Source: a virus (Duplodnaviria; Caudoviricetes). From it: 26,403 bases of DNA. Under the pieces are notes generated by a model, which saw nothing but the letters and a program-made list of their open reading frames with translations, did not search any database and was not told where the DNA came from. This document shows, in pieces, positions 8,378 to 14,699 of the stretch (positions are counted from its first letter, which is position 1; every line of letters starts with the position of its first letter). The stretch is from IMG/VR virus record IMGVR_UViG_3300044723_007638, positions 1-26,403 of that record. One strand, 5' to 3'. The translations under genes and the position numbers were made by a program.

Positions 8378-8384
8378 CTAAATA
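8378..8384 (+). promoter_or_regulatory. T4-type late promoter variant (CTAAATA)
   Basis: Matches the TAAATA core of the gp55-dependent TATAAATA element, ~38 nt before an RBS-bearing ORF. Confidence 0.5.
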
Positions 8385-8421
8385 TTAATGCCAATATTGG
8401 CTGTAACAAAAGGAGAACAGT

Positions 8422-8514
8422 ATGGAAATGCATCTACCAATTATCGGTAAACTTCACCTCCCTTCAATGGCAATCGGGGGAGGCTGTGTGCTCCTCTTAC
8501 TGTGGCTTTTGTAA
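8422..8514 (+). CDS. Small hydrophobic peptide (30 aa, MEMHLPIIGKLHLPSMAIGGGCVLLLLWLL)
   Basis: AGGAG at 8411-8415, ATG 8422, TAA 8512-8514, with a candidate promoter upstream and a hairpin downstream. Confidence 0.7.
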   Translation: MEMHLPIIGKLHLPSMAIGGGCVLLLLWLL

Positions 8515-8524
8515 TTGCTTTATC

Positions 8525-8548
8525 GGGGTGCTTTTGCACCCCTTCTTA
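8525..8548 (+). terminator. Intrinsic terminator
   Basis: Perfect 7-bp stem GGGGTGC-TTTT-GCACCCC followed by TTCTTA. Confidence 0.7.
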
Positions 8549-8617
8549 TATTCCCAACATCTTTTGCAGTGACACCCTTTCACATACTTCCAGATGACCG
8601 AATCTAACCACCAGTGG

Positions 8618-8950
8618 TTATCCTTCATTCTCCAAATCCCAAATACACTTATTCTGTTTCGGGTCCAATTCAGTTCGGCGAACCCATAGGTGTCCGTTCT
8701 TCTCTGCGTCTTGGAATGTCAACGCCGTGATGAAGAATGCAGCGATTACTAGTAAGTGTCCTCCAACACTGCCGATACCAAAATAAATGGTATATCCTGC
8801 CCACAAAGTAAACACAACCGTCCACATCACTGACAAGTAAAACATCAAAATGAATTGTGTGAATGCGTTTGGAATGTGTCGCAGTGGATTCATCTTAAGA
8901 CTAAAAAAGAAATTGTAAGTGTCGTAGATCCAGAAACCAATCTTCTTCAT
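8618..8950 (-). CDS. Membrane protein (2 TM) directly downstream of AOX
   Basis: Hydrophobic FILMFYLSVMWTVVFTLW and LLVIAAFFITALTF; starts 1 nt after the AOX stop. Confidence 0.8.
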   Translation of the reverse strand: MKKIGFWIYDTYNFFFSLKMNPLRHIPNAFTQFILMFYLSVMWTVVFTLWAGYTIYFGIGSVGGHLLVIAAFFITALTFQDAEKNGHLWVRRTELDPKQNKCIWDLENEG

Positions 8951-8951
8951 A

Positions 8952-9518
8952 TCAAAAACCTGCTATCCTGTGGTTGACTTTAGAGTGCTTTGCTTCATCT
9001 GCCCTCACATACTTAACCATATCAGACAACTTTGCATCTTCGAGCAATCCGTAGTATTCAATGGCAAGCTGTGGGGCAGGTACATCTTCAATCTCCCCCG
9101 CCTCGATTAATCCGAGGTATTCTGTATATGACCGCACCGCTTCTTCCTCGAAGTATGCAATCATTTTGTGCGCAGTTTTTGGTGCGAGAATATAAAACAC
9201 CAGATAAAAATGCCAGAAGATAAATTGCGCAATCATAATCAATCTTCTTTCAAACCAGTTTGGCTTCGCGATCTCGATGAAGAACATCAGGTGCTTACGC
9301 TCGTTCTCTGCCTCTTCTAGCATCTCATGGATCATAGTTCCGTTACCACGCTCCATTTTGCGCAGACTTCTCAGGTGGATGAGCATGCCAGCGACCATCC
9401 CTGGGACGCCAGCAATAGTTTCTAACACTACCGCTCGATGTCCATATCGTTTGGCAAAGAACGTATCAGCAAAGAACCGAAAGAACTTTGTCATAGATTT
9501 TGCAAACCAATCACGCAT
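8952..9518 (-). CDS. aox: Alternative oxidase (ubiquinol:O2 oxidoreductase, di-iron)
   Basis: All four iron-binding motifs are present: LETIAGVPGMV, EAENERKHL, FEEEAVRSY and RADEAKH. Confidence 0.95.
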   Translation of the reverse strand: MRDWFAKSMTKFFRFFADTFFAKRYGHRAVVLETIAGVPGMVAGMLIHLRSLRKMERGNGTMIHEMLEEAENERKHLMFFIEIAKPNWFERRLIMIAQFIFWHFYLVFYILAPKTAHKMIAYFEEEAVRSYTEYLGLIEAGEIEDVPAPQLAIEYYGLLEDAKLSDMVKYVRADEAKHSKVNHRIAGF

Positions 9519-9705
9519 TTTCTACTCTTTCTCTTTTCCTACAATAAGTGTATGGTTCTTCGCGAATAATCGTACCCTGCATTGGGTATGGTAATCGCTC
9601 TTTTCTTTCAACAACCTCAGTGTGCCACTCTAGACACTCCCCCAGTTCCTCAGTTGTCAAACACCCAGCAAGTAATAATACTGCAAGTGTCGACATTAGT
9701 TTCAT
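9511..9705 (-). CDS. Putative lipoprotein
   Basis: MKLMSTLAVLLLAGC ends in a lipobox (LAGC); ATGA overlap with the upstream gene. Confidence 0.7.
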   Translation of the reverse strand: MKLMSTLAVLLLAGCLTTEELGECLEWHTEVVERKERLPYPMQGTIIREEPYTYCRKRERVENA

Positions 9706-9956
9706 TCCAGTCCAGCCTCCCAGCGTTCGCTTTCCCATCGGTTCATAAAATTAGAGAAGCCGACCTGAAGTACACTGTACTCACTCAACCATTCAGCTCG
9801 CCATTCTTCGATCTCTTTGATTTGATCTTCGGTTATGTCGAGAATCTCTTCGACACCGAAGTGCTCCATGATCTGCTCCCAGACTTGGTCGCAGATTTGG
9901 CTTTCGTAATATTCTTCTGATTTATGGGGACGATGCCAAACGTATTTCTCACTCAT
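9702..9956 (-). CDS. Acidic hypothetical protein (start revised to MSEKYVW)
   Basis: ATG 9956 overlaps the end of the upstream ORF. Confidence 0.7.
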   Translation of the reverse strand: MSEKYVWHRPHKSEEYYESQICDQVWEQIMEHFGVEEILDITEDQIKEIEEWRAEWLSEYSVLQVGFSNFMNRWESERWEAGLE

Positions 9957-10095
9957 CTTCACTTTCCTCCTTCTGTTTGCTTTCATTCCAAAGTCGTTGC
10001 GCAATCTCATATGCAAATTCTGGATTACATTTTAAACAGCCATTACCAGTTGCGGTCTCTAGTTGTGTACAGCCGCAGTGTTCCCAGTTACTCAT
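9949..10095 (-). CDS. Small Cys-rich protein (48 aa; HCGC...CLKC)
   Basis: GAGGAG RBS; MSNWEHCGCTQLETATGNGCLKCNPEFAYE... Not in the ORF track. Confidence 0.65.
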   Translation of the reverse strand: MSNWEHCGCTQLETATGNGCLKCNPEFAYEIAQRLWNESKQKEESEDE

Positions 10096-10105
10096 AACAA
10101 ACTCC

Positions 10106-10267
10106 TCAGGAGAGTATCACCATAAAAATTGCATAAAGTACAATACACCAAAGAATTAGGTCACCAATAGTTTTCTGCATTAACCAGCCTAAAAAACTGA
10201 TAATCAACCAAGTAAGAAAAACAATTATAATCAATTCTGTCAGCATAAACAATAACAAAGTCCACAT
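10106..10267 (-). CDS. Small two-TM membrane protein (up to 53 aa)
   Basis: MWTLLLFMLTELIIIVFLTWLIISFLGWLMQKTIGDLILWCIVLYAIFMVILS; start uncertain. Confidence 0.5.
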   Translation of the reverse strand: MWTLLLFMLTELIIIVFLTWLIISFLGWLMQKTIGDLILWCIVLYAIFMVILS

Positions 10268-10277
10268 GATTTATAAT

Positions 10278-11501
10278 CTATGGCTGCATTCCTAATTTGT
10301 CAGCGGCACGTGCTGTGCTATTCTTAGACCGCCATTTAATTTTCTTTTGTTCAGATACTTTATTGGCGTCTGGGATCATAATCTCAAAATCACCTTGAGG
10401 TTTGCCAGCACTGATCAGATACTTGACATACATCACATTGCTAGCAGTTGCCTGAACAAACATATCAGTCGGATTGTAGGCTGGTTTGTTATTGGCTCCC
10501 TCTATTATACACTTTTCCGTGTAATAAAACAACTCGCCCACTGTGGGAAGTTTGGTCACGCTTTTGTTTGGTACATCAATCAGTTTAATCAACTTGGCAA
10601 ATTGTACTTGATCATAATTTTTCTTTGCCACATCTCGAATAGTCCAACCTGAGGCAATCTTCAGTGCCTCTTTAGATAGCGTTCCAGGATACATGGTGTT
10701 GATAAATTGAAATGGAAACTGGAAAGTTGAGGTGCTTACAATACAATCTACCATTTTGCCGATAGATTTTCTTGCCCAGCTGCTCCACTCACCCTTTGCT
10801 TCCAAAAGTTTCTTCACGTCTCCAGGTTTCAGCGTGTTGGTGGTGGTGCCACTCTTGGCGCTGATGCTATATTTCTTCTTTCCATCAATTACATAGTAAT
10901 CGACAAGAGGCTCATTGCCTCTCAGTGGGAAATTTAGTTTGGCTCCGTTGGTCAGCCGCACATTTGGTTGTAGGATTTTATGCTTGATGCAAGCAATGGC
11001 ACCTAGCATTTCGCCATAGTCCTTGTTTATCTCTGCAATTCCTTTGGCAGGAACGGGCAACGCATTGAGATCGGATGTTGTAACGCGACCGATCTTTGCC
11101 CAGTATTTTGTAATTGCGATCAGATAGTTTTTGAGGTCAGGTTCAAGGTCAGCTCGCTCCTCCACCTCACTAATCAATTCTTCAGCCAGCTCTTTAGCAC
11201 CCCAACCCTCTCGTGTAAAGAAGGAGAAGTCTTGGGGTTTCAGTTTGATACCTGATACGCCCTTGCCGAGTGGCTTTTGCACCGCATTGAATGTAACATA
11301 GTAAACATCTTCGCCAATTTTAATCGGTGTCTTGTCTTGATACTCTGCGGTTTCAAGAAAAAGAATCTTTTGACCAGCCTGCACTTTTCCCACCGACCGA
11401 AAGTCCGCATCAAGCAATGGCGATGCTTTCTTCATGGTGGTTTCAATGTTGCCCTTTCCAGCAAAATGTTTTCGCCAAGCAACTGCGCCTGTACTAGCCA
11501 T
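10278..11501 (-). CDS. Late-expressed 407-aa protein with a PD-(D/E)XK-like nuclease motif
   Basis: KDYGEMLG...NEPLVDYY...YSISAKSG gives an E...D...(S)xK arrangement. Preceded by a GAGG RBS and TATAAATA. Confidence 0.6.
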   Translation of the reverse strand: MASTGAVAWRKHFAGKGNIETTMKKASPLLDADFRSVGKVQAGQKILFLETAEYQDKTPIKIGEDVYYVTFNAVQKPLGKGVSGIKLKPQDFSFFTREGWGAKELAEELISEVEERADLEPDLKNYLIAITKYWAKIGRVTTSDLNALPVPAKGIAEINKDYGEMLGAIACIKHKILQPNVRLTNGAKLNFPLRGNEPLVDYYVIDGKKKYSISAKSGTTTNTLKPGDVKKLLEAKGEWSSWARKSIGKMVDCIVSTSTFQFPFQFINTMYPGTLSKEALKIASGWTIRDVAKKNYDQVQFAKLIKLIDVPNKSVTKLPTVGELFYYTEKCIIEGANNKPAYNPTDMFVQATASNVMYVKYLISAGKPQGDFEIMIPDANKVSEQKKIKWRSKNSTARAADKLGMQP

Positions 11502-11525
11502 GTATACTTCCTCTTCGAATGACTG

Positions 11526-11533
11526 TATTTATA
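11526..11533 (-). promoter_or_regulatory. T4-type late promoter TATAAATA
   Basis: Exact consensus ~25 nt upstream of ATG 11501. Confidence 0.85.
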
Positions 11534-11737
11534 TCATCCGAAAGGCAGGTTCTCTAGAATAAGGTTCCATGCATCATCAATGTCCTTCTGCTGATCTTTG
11601 TCATCACCCAGACACTCTTCAACATAGGACACCAGTGCCCACTTGATCTCCTGTACCGCCATCTCCAGCGTCATGCGTGGATCTGGCTTGGAAGTTTCTT
11701 CGCAGAGATCAATACCAAACTCGTCGATTTCGCCCAT
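11534..11737 (-). CDS. Acidic hypothetical protein (start revised to MGEIDEF)
   Basis: AGGAG RBS before ATG 11737. Confidence 0.7.
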   Translation of the reverse strand: MGEIDEFGIDLCEETSKPDPRMTLEMAVQEIKWALVSYVEECLGDDKDQQKDIDDAWNLILENLPFG

Positions 11738-11774
11738 ACTAGATACTCCTATACATTTTTTCTTGAGATAAACC

Positions 11775-12401
11775 ATGGCGTGTTATATCAAAAACCCCCA
11801 CCTGTTCTTCATTCATATTCCTAAGACTGGGGGTAATTCGATCTCCTGGCATCTGAAAAAGAATTTTAAAGGACATGACTGGCATAAAACGCGCCATGGT
11901 GCCAAGCATGCGGACCAGACCAAAATCTTTAAAGACACCAAGGAAGATGAGATGGTGCTGGATCGCTACACGTTCTTCACCGTGGTGCGGAATCCTTATG
12001 ATCGAATGGTTTCTGCCTATCATTATTATCTCAAGGGTGGGGGTGAATTAGAAATTCGCAAGAATGGAGCCAGCAAACGCCTGCCCAAGACGTTTGAAGG
12101 TTTTGTGCGTGGTGAATGGGTTAACAGCCAGAAATGGGGCTGTGCCACTAAACTCCAGTCAGAGTATTTTACGCAGGCAGAGATCATTCGCTTTGAGCAC
12201 CTTGAGAAAGATTACTTTGATTTCTTACTGCCGCGTCTGCCGTCGAATGCCAACTGCACTCGCTCCCTAGAACACGCCAACCCATCCAAGCACAAGCCAT
12301 GGCAAGAGTTGTACACGCCTGAGTTAGCAGAGATTGTGTACACTGCGCAGAAAGCAGACTTTGACGCATTTGGCTACTCATCGGAAATTGGAGCGGGATA
12401 G
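11775..12401 (+). CDS. Sulfotransferase family 2 protein
   Basis: 5'-PSB motif FIHIPKTGGNSI, 3'-PB motif FTVVRNPYDRMVSAY, IIRFEHL and DFDAFGY. Confidence 0.9.
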   Translation: MACYIKNPHLFFIHIPKTGGNSISWHLKKNFKGHDWHKTRHGAKHADQTKIFKDTKEDEMVLDRYTFFTVVRNPYDRMVSAYHYYLKGGGELEIRKNGASKRLPKTFEGFVRGEWVNSQKWGCATKLQSEYFTQAEIIRFEHLEKDYFDFLLPRLPSNANCTRSLEHANPSKHKPWQELYTPELAEIVYTAQKADFDAFGYSSEIGAG

Positions 12402-12461
12402 CGGATTCGAACCGCTTCCATCAGCTTGGAAGGCTGAGTCCTCTCCCAGGAGAAATCCCGC
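12389..12461 (-). tRNA. tRNA-Gly(UCC) with encoded CCA and an atypical D-arm
   Basis: Acceptor GCGGGAT/ATCCCGC, anticodon arm TCAGC-CTTCCAA-GCTGA, T-arm AGCGG-TTCGAAT-CCGCT, U discriminator, then CCA. Confidence 0.9.
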
Positions 12462-12467
12462 ATAATT

Positions 12468-12635
12468 TTACTTAGGAGTCCCTTCAATTAAAACACCATC
12501 AGCTAATTGAAAACTTCGTTTATTGGTAGTAAGCACTCTACCATCAAAGGAAACAATCTTTTCCTTTTTATCAGCAATGATGCGCTCTTTTAAAACAGTC
12601 AAAGAACTCCACTTGCGTTTGCTATAGTCTATCAA
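12468..12635 (-). CDS. Small hypothetical protein (55 aa, TTG start; ...KEKIVSFDGRVLTTNK...EGTPK)
   Basis: Open frame that fills the gap. Not in the ORF track. Confidence 0.55.
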   Translation of the reverse strand: MIDYSKRKWSSLTVLKERIIADKKEKIVSFDGRVLTTNKRSFQLADGVLIEGTPK

Positions 12636-12807
12636 ATATCAATTCCCTCAGCTGCTTCTCGAATTCTTCAGGAGTCCCGTTCAGTATAGGAGTCCCGTCC
12701 TCACGAACAATCACCCAGTGATCTAAAAACCAATAGATGTCGTCTTGACTAGGATATGGCTTTGGTTGTATCAGAGCGTCGTGCATTTCTATGCATCCTT
12801 TCTTCAT
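12622..12807 (-). CDS. Hypothetical protein
   Basis: 61-aa ORF; the start may be ATG 12786. Confidence 0.55.
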   Translation of the reverse strand: MKKGCIEMHDALIQPKPYPSQDDIYWFLDHWVIVREDGTPILNGTPEEFEKQLRELIFDRL

Positions 12808-13048
12808 GACAGGTTATACAGTGCGGTCGATAATGATTCAGATTGTCCTTATCAAACGCAGACTTGAGTTTTCTTAATTCCTTTTTGTAGAAATTACTCA
12901 ATGGTTGTATGTTACCACAGTCACAACATCGCTTCTCTTGCTGATTAGCAGGTGTAAGACCATATAAAGTATTCACATGGTCTGTGCTAGGAGTCCCTCT
13001 ACTTACAGCAGGAATAAAATACTTTCTGAAGTTAAATGGAAAATACAT
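12749..13048 (-). CDS. Zinc-finger protein (CxxC...CxxC)
   Basis: CCDCGNIQPLSNFYKK...YRPHCITC; AAGGA RBS; first gene after promoter P2. Confidence 0.7.
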   Translation of the reverse strand: MYFPFNFRKYFIPAVSRGTPSTDHVNTLYGLTPANQQEKRCCDCGNIQPLSNFYKKELRKLKSAFDKDNLNHYRPHCITCHEERMHRNARRSDTTKAIS

Positions 13049-13067
13049 TACCAGTTTCCTTTATGTC

Positions 13068-13112
13068 ACCCAACCAATATACAATTATGCCTCAAGTACA
13101 AGACAAAAACAA
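13068..13112 (-). promoter_or_regulatory. Sigma70-type phage early promoter P2
   Basis: TTGTTT (13112-13107), 17 nt, CATAAT (13089-13084), then TGTATATTGGTTGGG. Confidence 0.8.
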
Positions 13113-13140
13113 GTAAGAAAAAGCAATAGAAAACAAACAG

Positions 13141-13296
13141 TTAGGAGTCCCTGTCCTCTTCCTTGCATAACAACTCACTACCACGAGTTGTCCATATAAA
13201 CGGAAACAATCCGTGAATAAAGAGAACAAAGGAAACTCCCCAAGCAAATCTTAAATGCTCGAAATAAGTCACATTATTTTCTTTTAGATGCTTCAT
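13141..13296 (-). CDS. Small membrane-associated protein (51 aa, MKHLKENNVTYFEHLRFAW...FIHGLFPF)
   Basis: ATGA coupling; His pattern HL..Y..H..FA..IH..FP. Not in the ORF track. Confidence 0.7.
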   Translation of the reverse strand: MKHLKENNVTYFEHLRFAWGVSFVLFIHGLFPFIWTTRGSELLCKEEDRDS

Positions 13297-13466
13297 GCGA
13301 ATCTATCCACATACTCTGCAACGCCATAACGTGCAGCCTCAAATGTAATGCCTAACAAATCAGAGACCCTAGAAACAACCTCATCATAAGAGCCAGTCTC
13401 ATTATAGAGAGACTCTACCAAATCAAAGAATTCTTTTTTACTTAACACACTAATCTTTCCAAACAT
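13293..13466 (-). CDS. Small hypothetical protein (57 aa, MFGKISVLSKKEFFDLVES...)
   Basis: AAGGA RBS and ATGA overlap with the next gene. Confidence 0.65.
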   Translation of the reverse strand: MFGKISVLSKKEFFDLVESLYNETGSYDEVVSRVSDLLGITFEAARYGVAEYVDRFA

Positions 13467-13614
13467 AAAACATCCTTATTGGTGGGAGGAGTCCCTGCAT
13501 AATGAGAATAAACCCTTTAATCTACGCTTAATGCGCGGTGAATAATGTTGGGGAGACTCTAGCCTATAACCCCAAATCGCGTAGGAGTCCCTTGGAACCA
13601 ATACCCCTCCCCCT

Positions 13615-13785
13615 CTAGGAAACAGCACCTTCTTCCCACAGTAACTCACTCACTTCCTCATCACTGAGTCCTGCACGCCTACAACGCACAACAAACTCTT
13701 GGACAGTAATCATACCATCCAACAGAGACTCAACTTGGTCTAACAGGTACTCACCTGTCTCACCTCTATCATACCATTTACTCAT
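13615..13785 (-). CDS. Small hypothetical protein (56 aa, MSKWYDRGETGEY...)
   Basis: ATGA coupling with the upstream ORF. Confidence 0.65.
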   Translation of the reverse strand: MSKWYDRGETGEYLLDQVESLLDGMITVQEFVVRCRRAGLSDEEVSELLWEEGAVS

Positions 13786-13958
13786 CGTTCCATTTCTCTC
13801 TCTTTTCTAATGTGTTCTGCATACACATCAAATGCTTTTAACACAGACTGGGGAAAGGCACCACGATGCATTCCCACAGTTCCCAAATACTGATTCAATT
13901 CCATTCCACAAAATTCTGCATCTTTTTTTAACACAGACATCGCGCCTTTAAGAGTCAT
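13782..13958 (-). CDS. Small hypothetical protein (58 aa, MTLKGAMSVLKKDAEF...)
   Basis: GGAGG RBS and ATGA overlaps on both sides. Confidence 0.7.
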   Translation of the reverse strand: MTLKGAMSVLKKDAEFCGMELNQYLGTVGMHRGAFPQSVLKAFDVYAEHIRKEREMER

Positions 13959-14134
13959 GCTGCCTCCTCCTGATTATCTCTTGCATCCACCTCTTCCTGG
14001 ATCATCCGATGGATCACATTCCGAGCAGCAAGGAGACCAGACCACTGGTGTCGTGCAGACTCAAACTTCTTGGCGAACTCATAGTTCTTTTCGAGTTCGT
14101 CCCGTACCTGTAACAAAGTGTAAAGATCATTCAT
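13955..14134 (-). CDS. Small hypothetical protein (59 aa, MNDLYTLLQVRDELEK...)
   Basis: GGAG RBS and TAATG overlap with the upstream ORF. Confidence 0.7.
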   Translation of the reverse strand: MNDLYTLLQVRDELEKNYEFAKKFESARHQWSGLLAARNVIHRMIQEEVDARDNQEEAA

Positions 14135-14352
14135 TATGCTGTCTCCAATGCAAGTTGATGCTCAAAAACGAGTTCGTTGAAGTAAGGATAGAACGCTTCC
14201 AGAGAACCCATCTCCTCGATGATCGTGTCAACAGTTAACTCGATCATGACGTCTGCCTCAACAAAGTCCCAGTTGACAACACCATTTTCGATGTTCGCGG
14301 GATCATTCGCTGCCCGACGAAACTCTTCTGCGATTGCGTTACGAAAACTCAT
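14134..14352 (-). CDS. Hypothetical protein (72 aa, start revised to MSFRNAIAEE)
   Basis: GGAGG RBS, TAATG overlap, VNWDFVEADV motif. Confidence 0.75.
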   Translation of the reverse strand: MSFRNAIAEEFRRAANDPANIENGVVNWDFVEADVMIELTVDTIIEEMGSLEAFYPYFNELVFEHQLALETA

Positions 14353-14555
14353 TATTTTGCCTCCTGGAGGACAGTGGCGAGACAGTTCATGGCTGCTTGA
14401 GTCCATGCAAATTGACGAAGAGTTTTTGTTGCCTCAGGACCCAGTGCAGCACGATACTCCATCCAGTTCTCTCGAACACCGTCCCACTCAGACTCAGTCC
14501 AACCAGTGAGTTTGCGCTCAATCATCTCATCAGTTACAAGGTCAGCAAGGCTCAT
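14352..14555 (-). CDS. Hypothetical early protein (67 aa)
   Basis: GGAG RBS; first gene after promoter P3. Confidence 0.75.
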   Translation of the reverse strand: MSLADLVTDEMIERKLTGWTESEWDGVRENWMEYRAALGPEATKTLRQFAWTQAAMNCLATVLQEAK

Positions 14556-14618
14556 ATTTCTCTCCAGGGGAAGGGGACATTCAGTTCAGTCTAAGAGTCA
14601 GTTGACTCACCAGTTGTC

Positions 14619-14696
14619 CCTCAACCACAAGACAATTATGCCTGAAACGGGGTCTCAAAACAACACTGTTTTCCCCTGTGCATTCAGTAACTTACA
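14619..14696 (-). promoter_or_regulatory. Sigma70-type phage early promoter P3
   Basis: TGTAAGTTACTGA box, TTGTTT (14663-14658), 17 nt, CATAAT (14640-14635), then TGTCTTGTGGTTGAGG. Confidence 0.8.
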
Positions 14697-14699
14697 GTC

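Larger units (their letters stand above)
12474..13591 (+). repeat. Seven dispersed co-oriented copies of AGGAGTCCC
   Basis: Copies start at 12474, 12670, 12688, 12989, 13143, 13487 and 13583. None noticed elsewhere in the window. Confidence 0.9.

Noticed and set aside
8497-8628. 43-aa minus-strand ORF MKDNHWWLDSVIWKYVKGCHCKRC...
   Set aside because: It has a CxCxxC pattern but runs through the terminator hairpin and overlaps the plus-strand peptide gene. Too weak to call.
8952-9518. PTOX / cyanophage assignment
   Set aside because: The motifs (AGVPGMV, NERKHL, RADE) are AOX-type, and the window has no photosynthesis genes.
12474-13591. CRISPR or mini-array interpretation of the AGGAGTCCC repeats
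   Set aside because: The repeats are only 9-10 nt, spacing ranges from 18 to 344 nt, most copies sit inside ORFs, and there are no cas genes in the window.
12474-13591. AGGAG in the repeats as Shine-Dalgarno sites for plus-strand genes
   Set aside because: They are not consistently followed by start codons with credible ORFs, and coding here is on the minus strand.
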